Shown in pieces: positions 24,515 through 37,153 of a stretch of DNA of 64,000 nucleotides. A program made the translations under genes and the position numbers. The DNA is from Ylistrum balloti (Eukaryota). The notes under the pieces are model-generated. The model saw nothing but the letters and a program-made list of their open reading frames with translations. It searched no databases and was not told where the DNA came from. The stretch covers positions 434,001 through 498,000 of the forward strand of contig NW_026781872.1 of NCBI RefSeq assembly GCF_031769215.1, in the 5' to 3' direction. Positions within the stretch are counted from its first letter, which is position 1. Each line of letters begins with the position of its first letter.

Positions 24515-26692
24515 TCAAACAGTTTTATTGAAAGCAGGTAATTTAAATATATTAAATCTATTCCAGAAACTGCGTTTTCGATCTATCAACTTTGTTGTGT
24601 TTGAAATGACAATTTTCCGTGACAATGGACATTGATTGTGTAGTAATCTAGAGGCAATATGGGAACACTCATAAACAAAAGAGTCTTTCTCTTTTGAATC
24701 AAAAAAACTATCATGTCGTGGAATGATTTTTAATTTTTTTGCTACTATGCCCAAGTAAACATCATCAATGCTAAGATATTTCACATAGGGAAATGCAATT
24801 TGGAATTTCTGAGCAATGTCATATGATACAACGTAAGCTCCGCCATTTACATATGTTGGCAGTTTGTCAAAGGGATACTCATCGTCGTCAAGACTCCATC
24901 TGTGGCCTTTTCCGCGGTAAGGGATTTGATCTTTCATTACATTTCCAACATACAAATATCGTTGTTTGGGAATGCTTCTTAAATATAGAAGTAATCGTTT
25001 CCTATTGACATAGTAGTCATCATCCAGAAACAACAGCAAGTCGACATTGGTACACCTTTCAACTGCCCAGTTAAACGCCATGATGGTTTTCAATGTGTTG
25101 TTTTTATAATGGTCAATGAAATTGGCCTGTAGAATGTCACCATATTTTCCGCTTTCGAGATGTACATCTGACTGAATAGTGCCATGTAACCCTAGCCCTA
25201 GAAGAAATACTAAATTTTGTTCCATATTCTGTTTCAATGTTAGTGTAGAGTTCCATAATTGCCGAATTGCTTCCCTTTGCTCAAAGTTTTTCACATATGA
25301 TTTAACGAGAACAAGGATGTTTTTATTGTATATTTTACTTTGTTTGAATGAACATTCTCTAGGGATATGAAGCCATTTATAACGGAAAAAGTTGATAGCA
25401 TTATATCTGTTTTTGAGCTTATTTCTTAGTCGGCCATTAACGAACGCCTGCATGTTAATTCTTAGTGGATAAGAAAAGTTGTGATCGAAAGACATGTATG
25501 TCTTAGTATCAATAAATTTGATGTTTACATTTTGTATGTTTCTCTCTTCCAAATATTTCTCCATTTTATCTCTAAGGGCAGTTATTTCCCTTTTAATACG
25601 TGCTAAGGTACAATTCTCTATAACTAGCTTTTCCGCTTCGTGGGAACATTCCTTCGCAAAAGTATCTACAAATATTGTATCGAGTCTACTTTCATTCTTT
25701 GGTAAAATAGACAGCTTCTTTGCCACAATTCCGAGGTAGACGTCATCAATACCTAAGTATCTTACAAAAGGGAACGCCAATTGGAATTTCTGCGCAACGT
25801 CACTGGACACGACAAATGCCCCGCCACCTACGTATGGTGGAAACACATTGTAAGGGTACTCATCATAACTAAGGTACCATCTCTCGTGTTTTTCCCGATA
25901 GGGCGGGGCGTTCACCGCAAGACTGCCAATGTATATATCAGTAGGCTTCACACGTGTTAGATCCGTTAGATAAATAGCAAGATTATCATACTGTATATGG
26001 TAGTCATCATCGTGAAAGAGGAGCAGTTCAGCTTGTGGACATACAGACCTAGCCCAATTAAACGCCATAATTGTTTTTATTGTATTGTTCAGATAGGCGT
26101 CTACGAAATCCTCCATAATTATGTCTTGATAAAGTGTTATTTCCTGATCAATGTGCCAGCGTTTTATTATCATGTTTTTGCTGTATGTTCCGAGAATGAA
26201 AAATTTCGACATATAAGGATACTGGATCTTTTCCCATAACATCCGAATCGCAATTCTCTGGTCAACATTGCCTATGTAAGACTTCACCAAGACTAATATT
26301 GATTTCTGCCTTCTTGGTTCGGTCGGAAGGTTACATGATGTCGGCTTCGCCAGATAATGAAACGGATGTGCGTTTATGGCAGATATTGGTATATGTTTGC
26401 CATGATCAATTGCGTCATTGATCAAAGAAACTAAATTTAAATTCATAGGGTAGGTAAAGTTCTCGTCATAATTCAAGTATTTCGTTTCATTGCTAGTGTA
26501 ATTAATATTCGGCGAGAGTGTAGGAACTTCCTCTATCCTTAACACATCCGGTATAGCTTCCTCTGTAACTTGTATGAGGTCGTAACGGGACATAGAAAAG
26601 GACAGTTCAAGCAGTATACTTCCCACAGCAAACACAACTATCACAAGAAGTAGTTTTAATATTTCCCAATGTCGGGGACGTTTGGTCTTCAT
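24515..26692 (-). CDS. GT31 beta-1,3-glycosyltransferase (beta-1,3-galactosyltransferase/brainiac-like), type II membrane protein with two tandem catalytic domains, 725 aa, single coding exon
   Basis: Uninterrupted 725-aa ORF with a basic N-tail (MKTKRPR) and a hydrophobic TM segment at about aa 11-31. GT31 motifs occur twice: LVLVKSY..R.AIR..W, NNT.KTIMAFNW, DDDY (aa 228-231 and 557-560), YP...P.YV.GGA.VVS, IDDVYLGIVAKKL. A 5'UTR intron acceptor (TTTCTGTAG, minus strand) puts the exon start at 26751. Confidence 0.95.
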   Translation of the reverse strand: MKTKRPRHWEILKLLLVIVVFAVGSILLELSFSMSRYDLIQVTEEAIPDVLRIEEVPTLSPNINYTSNETKYLNYDENFTYPMNLNLVSLINDAIDHGKHIPISAINAHPFHYLAKPTSCNLPTEPRRQKSILVLVKSYIGNVDQRIAIRMLWEKIQYPYMSKFFILGTYSKNMIIKRWHIDQEITLYQDIIMEDFVDAYLNNTIKTIMAFNWARSVCPQAELLLFHDDDYHIQYDNLAIYLTDLTRVKPTDIYIGSLAVNAPPYREKHERWYLSYDEYPYNVFPPYVGGGAFVVSSDVAQKFQLAFPFVRYLGIDDVYLGIVAKKLSILPKNESRLDTIFVDTFAKECSHEAEKLVIENCTLARIKREITALRDKMEKYLEERNIQNVNIKFIDTKTYMSFDHNFSYPLRINMQAFVNGRLRNKLKNRYNAINFFRYKWLHIPRECSFKQSKIYNKNILVLVKSYVKNFEQREAIRQLWNSTLTLKQNMEQNLVFLLGLGLHGTIQSDVHLESGKYGDILQANFIDHYKNNTLKTIMAFNWAVERCTNVDLLLFLDDDYYVNRKRLLLYLRSIPKQRYLYVGNVMKDQIPYRGKGHRWSLDDDEYPFDKLPTYVNGGAYVVSYDIAQKFQIAFPYVKYLSIDDVYLGIVAKKLKIIPRHDSFFDSKEKDSFVYECSHIASRLLHNQCPLSRKIVISNTTKLIDRKRSFWNRFNIFKLPAFNKTV

Positions 26693-29600
26693 TTTAGTAG
26701 TTTGTTCAATCTCCAGTCACGGTACCCTCGTTGAGTCGATGGATGATCCACCTACAGAAACCGTAAAAACAATATAGATTATATGGGCTCATTTTTTCAA
26801 AAAATAGATAGATAAATAAAATGTTAAAATCAAATTTATTATTCTTCCACTTAGCATTAATTCCCCACGATGTTTTCAACACGAATTGATTTTATAGTGA
26901 AAATAGTCCAATAACACTCATTATAGTATTTACTACGAATGTATAAGAAGACTGGTCTTAAGTTCTACTAAGGGACAAAAGACAAGAAGGCAAACTATAA
27001 ATGATGGCTGGTCTATAGTTTTGAAGCCTAGCCAGCGCCAAAAATATACAGGAGGTTATCCCTAAATTAAGTGATGTTGGCCACACCATTGCAAAACCAT
27101 GTCTATGTCTACGACTGATAATAGTCAGATATCCAAGTCATTTCCTAGTTTTCATTAAGGACTATGAGGAAGCATTTTGGCACTGTCCCAATTCTGAGAC
27201 ATACTAAGGTCTTCATAAATCTTAGTAACTACTCAATATTTTACGCTTATAATTGTGATTGTTCATTGTCAGTATGTGATCAGATGTGGTATCCTGCAGA
27301 ATTCATTATGATACCAAACCAGTGAATATAAAAACTGACAACAAGAGCATGATTAATATTGGCATCTATGCATCTAATCTCGAAGTGAATCCTACCTCCA
27401 CAACGTCGGCGGCCATATTGCCTACTGCAGAAATACAGACGGTCACCGTGTGAAGTGTAATATCCAATAAGACTTACTGACATTGCTGTCAGAGTCCTGA
27501 ATTCTTATGACATATGTACAAAATATTTGCAAATGTAACTTATATATTCCAGTTTTATCAAGTGTAGGCATACAGTAGTTAGTAAAGTCTGTTAATTTAT
27601 TCATATTTTCCAAGGCCTCAAGGGCTTCATTCTTACAAAATAAATACATTTGTGGTTAAATTTGTTGACTTTTGTAGTTACAAGAGTGTAAAATCAATTT
27701 TACATGAAAAATAAATATGACAGAAACTACAGCCCGCTCACAAAAGTGATGCATAAAAATCCTTTCAGGAGATATAACTTAATTAATAATCAACAAATAA
27801 TGATATGTCTGATTGTAAGTTTCTGTTGCCTGTTAGCTGCTTCATCTGACATACATAAATGTGTATCTAGTTGCTTGAATTAACAATATTGATAAGTTGT
27901 TGCTATACTCAATTTTGGAATGTAAACAAATGATGTAAGTTATCACTACCTGAATCGAAAACATTTATTGATTTATATATCAATATGTTGTTGTTTTAAA
28001 TCGAACGTGGCAATTATAAATGCGGATAATACTACTACACGATGATCATACAAAACCGAGCCAAAAATCGTTTCGTTGATGCTGTTGTCTTGGCTTTTTG
28101 GGTTCGTTTTCTTTCCTTTGTTTGGTTTTCTATTGGTTTTGTTATTTACTGATCCTTAGGTTCAACATTGGTCTCCAAAGTATTTAATGAAATACACATT
28201 AATTATATATTCATATACTTACTGTTCTTATCACTGTTCTCTTAACAGATCACAGATGCTGAATCAAGTTGTTCGTTTATGAATCTTGAAATGTGTTATT
28301 TGTACACAGAACGGATGGATGAAAAAGAATAATTGTTATTTACTTACCTTGCTTTTATACTTGAAGCATAATATCCATACTTAAATTGCCTGTGGACGAA
28401 CTTTCCAATAAGATATCTGGACAGCAAACACAAATTTAAACATAAACGTATGACATACCTGCTGATTATATATACATATATATAATAGATTAAGAATAAC
28501 TACATGTTAGAACATAAATTAAAATGATCATTTGTATGATACCACTCAATAATTAAACGACTTTATGACACTGACGCGTATTTCATCGACCAATAGCTTT
28601 GATATAGGCGTTTAGTTGACAATAGAACAAAAGGATTAATAGTGGGAAGCTTACAGATCTTATACTGATACTCCTAACTGAAGGACGCTTACCCAGGGAG
28701 CCATACAATAACAGATCTAATGACAACGATAATGAACGTATGCCGCTGTTAGGGAGATTAGGCTTTGCAATTCGTTTGATATTATCCAAAAATGGAGCTG
28801 TAGATATGTTATTTTAACATTAGAATTCGTATTAACCACCTGTTGTCTCGCACTCTGTGTCCTTATCTATTGTACTTAATTCTGCAGATAGCAATTAATA
28901 CAACCTTAATCTATCAAATTCAAAAGAGGTACATCTTAATACAGAATGACAGCCTGCGTTCAGTACCAACATAACGCAAAGCAAGGTAATAATTAATATA
29001 TAATAAAATATTAGTAAGAAATATGACTGTTGATGCATAAGCCGCTCCTTTGTAGTGAATGCTAAAAAGTTGTTTATTCACCATAGTAAACGATAACTTT
29101 ATAATAATAGATTAAAATTAGATCATATATAATCAGATTTATCATTTTTACGCAGTATGGAAAAATAAATGAAAAATGACAGGAATGGCAAACTTTATAG
29201 TGAAAGGAATTGCTTGATTTAGCGTGAAAATTGGGTAACGCATGACTTCCTCAGTTTTCATCAAAGTTGAGAAATGAGCGAGCACTGAGGAATGTAGCCA
29301 CTAGGGATGATACTTAATGTTTTAAGAGCGTAAGTATTTACTGAACCATACTAGTATAAAACCATTTTGCTTTAATCTTAATTTGACCTCGGGTTACAAA
29401 ATATGGCTGGTTCGTTATTGTCCTAATGTTTGGTATGGTTTCACTTTGGTTATCAAAAGACAACAACACAATATAATCTGCGATTCCTCATCAAACTTGA
29501 GTAATTACAAAGGGAGTTGAATTCAAATATCACGCGGGAGTTCGTATTTGTCAACAGATATTTACATGCTATCAATTAATACATAGAAAAACAATTAATT

Positions 29601-31543
29601 TTTGCGGTTCGCGTCTCACGCATTCAGCCACTTGTTAGCTTAAATATAAACTATATCTGCGATTTTTAATAGAAAAAAATAACCCACAGAAATAGCTAAT
29701 TGATATACAAGTATTTCACTTCTATGACAATTTACCTCAAACAAGTTGAGAAATGAACTTGTTTGAAGTTATCTCATGCTTCATAAAGTAATGGTGTAGC
29801 TTGCTAGGCAAAACGCAGATCGAATATCTCATATCTGCTTGTACATACTGACAACCTACATTTGTCCTGTTGACATATATATACATATTCTAATTGAAAA
29901 TATTTTATCGCGGAAGACATTTTAAACTGATAATGATCTGAATGTATTGTTACAAACGCCATGTATATTTCATTTGGTTAAATGTACAACAATTATCACA
30001 TATAATTAAAATACGACGATGGGCTTAGTTTAAGACACTGACATTTACATGGACCGTTTCTTCAATAAGTTGAGATATTGATAGATAGCTTAGCACATTA
30101 GTATTAAAGATTAAACATTATAGCTTTGTTCACAAGATACGTAATGTTATTTAAGCGCAAAGCAAAATGTTTTGTACCGACAATAAAACGTTCTAAAACC
30201 CAGAGTCCATGGCTTGCATGCTACGTTTTCATTCGTTCGAATAGTGGCATGACATTTGCTTTTAAGAGCAAGTCAATAAAAGGGTTGAAAAAGACTGAGA
30301 GATTATCGACCCATACTTCTTTTTTGATTGCTTGTGAAAAAATGAATCATCAAAAGAAGTTTCGGGTGTCAGGTAACATGATTAAGTTTTTATAGATTTT
30401 TTATGTTTTAGTACAATATACGTATTGTGTGAGAAAAAGGAGAATTCTCAAAAACGTTTCGATTGACTGGATCACTGGATTCAGGCCCAGGTAACAAAAA
30501 TAGGTCATGCATACACCGCCAATAAATCAGGTTAGATATATATGAACAAGCCGTGAAAACTGACACCTGGTAAAAACAGACAAAACATCGATATTAATAA
30601 TTCAATCAATGTTATTATTTCAGGATCATCTGGAATCAAACCATCATTAACGCATTTACACTTAGCAATATCCCTTTAAGTAATAGCACAGGGATTTGGC
30701 ACCAATTCCCGATCCACTGTTCACGTGTATGTGATACAGTGACAAGGTGCCTGGGAGAAGGAAAAACACATTTTTTTCTCAATTCTGTTTTTTGTTATTT
30801 TAGGGTCCACAGATCTTAGTGACACGTACATTACTTGGTGTTAGGCGGATATTTATAATCTTTCATACTGCCATCAGCTTAACCTAACGATATCTTCTCC
30901 ATCCGTATTGATAGTTGCTCACTGATGTATCCGTATCCTAATTTAGAGGAAATACATACGGATTTCCTAGGAAGTGCTTGATAGACCGTTCCCGAATTTA
31001 GATATACACATGTATGTATTGCCTTTCAACAGAGAAACAGTATAACTCATCAAAAAATGTTTACAGAGATAGGCTACCTCGTTCCCTAGCTGTGACAGTC
31101 ACGTTTTGTTACTGATCAGCTGAAACAAATGGTAAATGCCTTTACGAGAAGTTTGTGTTGATGTTTAATAGATTATTATCAATATGTTGGTTTTTTTCAT
31201 GTAAAATTTTATGAAATTTGAAAATTAGGTTTGTAATCTAAATTCCTCATCGTTTAGGGGTAGACTGATGTTGTAAATGGAAGAGTGGAATGTCGATACG
31301 GAGTCATCGTTGATTCTGCATTGTTAACACGAAGACTGTTTTCATTACTTGTAGATAATTGAAAAACAAAAAACATGAAAACATTTTCAGAACTAAACGT
31401 GTTTTGAATTTAAGTTTTGAAATCTTTCCAATTGCATACGAATAATGGAACAAAATTATTTTATTTTTTTAGCAACGTTATTATCACAAACATACAAAAT
31501 TCCAAAAACAGAACAATAAGTAATGAAATATAAGTAAAGTAAA

Positions 31544-34500
31544 GTTAACATAGTATTGGTAGTTACACGGGGAAGTTACCATAGAATTGGTAGTTACACG
31601 GGAAAGTTACCATAGAATTGGTAGTTATACGGGAAAGTTACCATAGAATTGGTAGTTATACGAGAAAGTTACCATAAAATTGGTAGTTACACGGGAAAGT
31701 TAACATAGAATTGGTAGTAACACGGGAAAGTTAACATAGAATTGGTAGTTACACGAGAAAGCTACCATAGAATTGGTAGTTATACGAGAAAGCTACCATA
31801 AAATTGGTAGTTATACGAGAAAGCTACCATAGAATTGGTGGTTATACGAGAAAGCTACCATAGAATTGGTAGTTACACGGGAAAGTTAACATAGAATTGG
31901 TAGTTACACGGGAAAGTTAACATAGAATTGGTAGTTACACGGGAAAGTTAACATAGAATTGGTAGTTACACGGGAAAGTTAACATAGAATTGGTAGTTAC
32001 ACGGGAAAGTTAACATAGAATTGGTAGTTACACGGGAAAGTTAACATAGAATTGGTAGTTACACGGGAAAGTTAACATAGAATTGGTAGTTACACGGGAA
32101 AGTTACCATAGAATTGGTAGTTATACGGGAAAGTTACCATAAAATTGGTAGTTACACGGGAAAGTTAACATATAATTGGTAGTTACACGAGAAAGTTAAC
32201 ATAGAATTGGTAGTTATACGAGAAAGTTACCATAAAATTGGTAGTTACACGAGAAAGTTACCATAGAATTGGTAGTTACACGGGAAAGTTAACATAGAAT
32301 TGGTAGTTACACGGGAAAGTTAACATAGAATTGGTAGTTATACGGGAAAGTTAACATATAATTGGTAGTTACACGAGAAAGTTATCATAGAATTGGTAGT
32401 TACATGGGAAAGTTACCATAGAATTGGTAGTTACACGGGAAAGTTAACATAGAATTGGTAGTTATACGAGAAAGTTACCATAAAATTGGTAGTTACACGG
32501 GAAGTTAACATAGAATTGGTAGTAACACGGGAAAGTTAACATAGAATTGGTAGTTACATGAGAAAGTTACCATAAAATTTGTAGTTACACGAGAAAGTTA
32601 ACATAGAATTGGTAGTTACACGGGAAAGTTAACATAGAATTGGTAGTTACACGGGAAAGTTAACATAGAATTGGTAGTTACACGGGAAAGTTACCATAGA
32701 ATTGGTAGTTACATGGGAAAGTTAACATAGAATTGGTAGTGACACGGGAAAGTTAACATAGAATTGGTAGTTACACGGGAAAGTTAAAATAGAATTGGTA
32801 GTTACACGGGAAAGTTAACATAGAATTGGTAGTGACACGGGAAAGTTAACATATAATTGGTAGTGACACGGGAAAGTTAACATAGAATTGGTAGTTACAC
32901 GAGAAAGTTACCATAGAATTGGTAGTTATACGGGAAAGTTAACATATAATTGGTAGTTACACGAGAAAGTTATCATAGAATTGGTAGTTATACGGGAAAG
33001 TTAACATAGAATTGGTAGTAACACGGGAAAGTTAACATAGAATTGGTAGTTACACGGGAAAGTTAACATAGAATTGGTAGTTACATGGGAAAGTTACCAT
33101 AGAATTAGTAGTTACACGGGAAAGTTAACATAGAATTGGTAGTTACACGGGAAAGTTAACATAGAATTGGTAGTTATACGAGAAAGCTACCATAGAATTG
33201 GTAGTTATACGAGAAAGTTACCATAAAATTTGTAGTTACACGAGAAAGTTAACATAGAATTGGTAGTTACACGGGAAAGTTAACATAGAATTGGTAGTTA
33301 CACGGGAAAGTTAACATAGAATTGGTAGTTACACGGGAAAGTTAACATAGAATTGGTAGTTACACGGGAAAGTTACCATAAAATTGGTAGTTATACGAGA
33401 AAGCTACCATAGAATTGGTAGTTATACGAGAAAGCTACCATAGAATTGGTAGTTACACGGGAAAGTTAACATAGAATTGGTAGTTACACGGGAAAGTTAA
33501 CATAGAATTGGTAGTTACACGGGAAAGTTAACATAGAATTGGTAGTTACACGGGAAAGTTAACATAGAATTGGTAGTTACACGGGAAAGTCAACATAGAA
33601 TTGGTAGTTACACGGGAAAGTTAACATAGAATTGGTAGTTACACGGGAAAGTTAACATAGAATTGGTAGTTACACGGGAAAGTTAACATAGAATTGGTAG
33701 TTACACGGGAAAGTTACCATAGAATTGGTAGTTATACGGGAAAGTTACCATAAAATTGGTAGTTACACGGGAAAGTTAACATATAATTGGTAGTTACACG
33801 AGAAAGTTAACATAGAATTGGTAGTTACACGGGAAAGTTAACATAGAATTGGTAGTTACACGGGAAAGTTAACATAGAATTGGTAGTTATACGAGAAAGT
33901 TACCATAAAATTGGTAGTTACACGAGAAAGTTACCATAGAATTGGTAGTTATACGGGAAAGTTAACATATAATTGGTAGTTACACGAGAAAGTTATCATA
34001 GAATTGGTAGTTACATGGGAAAGTTACCATAGAATTGGTAGTTACACGGGAAAGTTAACATAGAATTGGTAGTTATACGAGAAAGTTACCATAAAATTGG
34101 TAGTTACACGGGAAGTTAACATAGAATTGGTAGTTACACGGGAAAGTTACCATAAAATTTGTAGTTACACGAGAAAGTAAATATAGAATTGGTAGTTATG
34201 CAAAAGGTTACCATAGAATTGGTAGTGACACGGGAAAGTTAACATAGAACTGGTAGTGACACGAGAAAGTTATCATAGAATTGGTAGTTACACGAGAAAG
34301 TTACCATAAAATTGGTAGTTACACGGGAAAGTTAACATAGAATTGGTAGTTACACGGGAAAGGTACCATATAATTGGTAGTTATGCAAAAAGTTACCATA
34401 TAATTGGTAGTCATACGAGAAAGTAAATATAGAATTGGTAGTTATGCAAAAGGTTACCATAGAATTGGTAGTTACACGGGAAAGTTAACATAGAATTGGT

Positions 34501-34565
34501 AGTGACACGAGAAAGTTATCATAGAATTGGTAGTTACACGAGAAAGTTACCATAAAATTGGTAGA
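31544..34565. repeat. 31-bp minisatellite, about 97 copies
   Basis: Unit TAGAATTGGTAGTTACACGGGAAAGTTAACA in head-to-tail copies with no spacers. Confidence 0.98.
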
Positions 34566-35482
34566 TGCACATGTGAAAGCAGTAATATTTATCCCTTTAA
34601 CTTTAAGTTGACTTCGAAACAATAGGGTAACACCTTTTTGAGAATTGTATGTATATTAATGCATGTATTGCCGTATTTCCAAGACTGCCATTAATTCAGA
34701 CTAGAAGTCAGACTGTATAACGTAAATACTTCCCCACCCCACTTCAGTTACTTATCAAGTATTTGTTTCAAGGTGATGCTCTAGTTATGCATGTGATTCG
34801 TTGTATACGACAACATTACTAGCCTCCTGATGTTGCATGAATACATAAAATGTGATATTTCAAAGAATGATTACCGAGTTACAATCTAGCTATTTATATT
34901 CTCAGCGTGTCTACCACGGTCTGGACGAAAAACTGAACAAAAAGTGACAAATACCGGAACTTAATAAGAATACTTGTTCATGTTTTTTCATTTTGCCTTA
35001 AATCTTAGCGGTAAACGTTTAACGAATTGAAATATTAAGATCAGATTGGAACGTCTTTATGTTCTTCACGGCAGGATTATGAGAAAAAGAAACGTATCAA
35101 CGACCTATTTTTTTCAGATGTTTGCATTCAACATAAATATTTACAGAATATCAGTATAAACACAAGAACAGACATCCCTTCTAGATCAAATGATGTTTGA
35201 TGTCAAATCTATTATAGAGTGTTTTATTCACAAGACTATGTCATGTTAACAGCGCAAATATGTAGAATCTAACACCCAGGGATATTCTCTGCTGATAAAC
35301 TATCACAGGAAATTATCCAAGAAATGAAAACAGTGGAAATACATCTGTATGATCAATTGTCAAGTTGATGGATGTTGATCGTTATTTTCGTGATTCTGAT
35401 CGCTGTAATCCGTCACCTAACGTTAACAAATATAGACGGGTCCATAGAAATGTAATGGTAAGCGTAAGCTCTGCTATCGTAG

Positions 35483-37118
35483 TTATACAGTGGGCATTGG
35501 AACACTGAAGACTTCATTGTCATGCCCAGCATTGTGGACTGAAAAATTAGATTGCATAATAGGGTTCTGCAATCCGTTATTGTTGCCTTGTTGTAAACTA
35601 TAGGACTGCATTGGCAGTGGTTGTTCTTCTGATGTCCTGACACCCATATCAAGGAAAACATCCCTCGACCAACCAAAGATCTGAAAGTAAATCGTATACT
35701 GATATAGGGTTATTCTAATGGTCACACACTGCGTCCTATTTTTAGATGTATTCAGTGTTCTGTGCGAGGTAGTTATACCTTTATCGTTTTCATCTTACGT
35801 ATATTTCAAATTCCAGATTTTCAATGACCAGTCGTTATTGTACCCGAGTTAGATATATCATAGCTGTCCTTTGTTTGTAGAGTTTCGAGAACCAGTTGTT
35901 TTAGAAATTTTGCCACACGAAATGCTAAGCTATCGTGTCATGATTCTAATATTTCAGTGTGACGGCACTATAAAAGCCTCAACAGGCGACTCATCATATT
36001 CTTCTTCTATTTTGTAGTTATCTGGTGCTGTAAAAACCCGTAGAATCAAAATGAGATAATCGCATTAGTGGTTTTGATCTACAGAATAATTATCTTTGAA
36101 ATGTTACCATTATTAGGCAAATGGCTAGACCGATAACAGCGCCACCTATGACGTCTGTAGGATGATGTTTGTTGTCCTGAACACGGGTCAAACATATGTA
36201 GATTCCAGCACCTACTAGAAAGGTCTGAACGGATGGTCCTATTATCCGCATGTACAGTCGCCATTGCAATTGTTGTCGGAAACGGATATCCAAGTAAATC
36301 TATGGATAAAGATTTTCTCCTGTAGATCAGAGTAATCAATTTTATAGTTATAGATATTATCTAATACTATTTACCAACTGAATATTGCAACCATTGAAAA
36401 TAATAATAAAGAAGTCTTGTAGTACAGAAATTTGCAAATGAATCCGTTATCACTTGCCTCAAAATAAATGTCGTTATGTTTTTTGCATCAATATATATTC
36501 AAGTTTGCTTCATGTATTTTTTATGAAAATTTCTTTTCTTATGACTTTTAAAAAAGTAAACCAAATACACAAAGTTATCAATCATAGTTTAGGTGAACAA
36601 CTTCATTGTGCGCAGTCTGACTTTTAGAAAACATCTGATATGAGAGATGAAAACCCTTGATTCAGTAAGTAAACATTATAGGTACCAATTTATTGTTGTT
36701 GTACTGTGAATGTTGTTTTACACATTTTTATTAGTTTTACCAAATGTTTGATTCAAAGGGGAAGCTTTCTTCGCTTAAGTCAGGAACTATAGAATAAAAT
36801 AGACAAAATAAAACGAAAACAATTGTAAAACAAACTTCTACATTCTATGAAATTGGGGTAAAGAGATTTACCCGGAGACTGCCGAAAAAATGTAACGATA
36901 TAAAGAAAACATAGATATAGGAATATAGATGTCAGTATATATATATATATATAGGTATAGATATAGGAATATAGATGTCAGTATATATAGATATATATAT
37001 AGGTATAGATATAGGAATATAGATGTAAGTATATATATATATTATAGGATAAAGATGTCAATATACATAGATATAGGAATATAGATGTCAGTATATATAG
37101 ATAAAGGAATATAGATGT

Positions 37119-37153
<35 letters not shown>

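Noticed and set aside
31544-34565. 31-bp repeat of CRISPR-like length
   Set aside because: Units are directly head-to-tail with no unique spacers, there are no cas genes, and the context is eukaryotic with introns.
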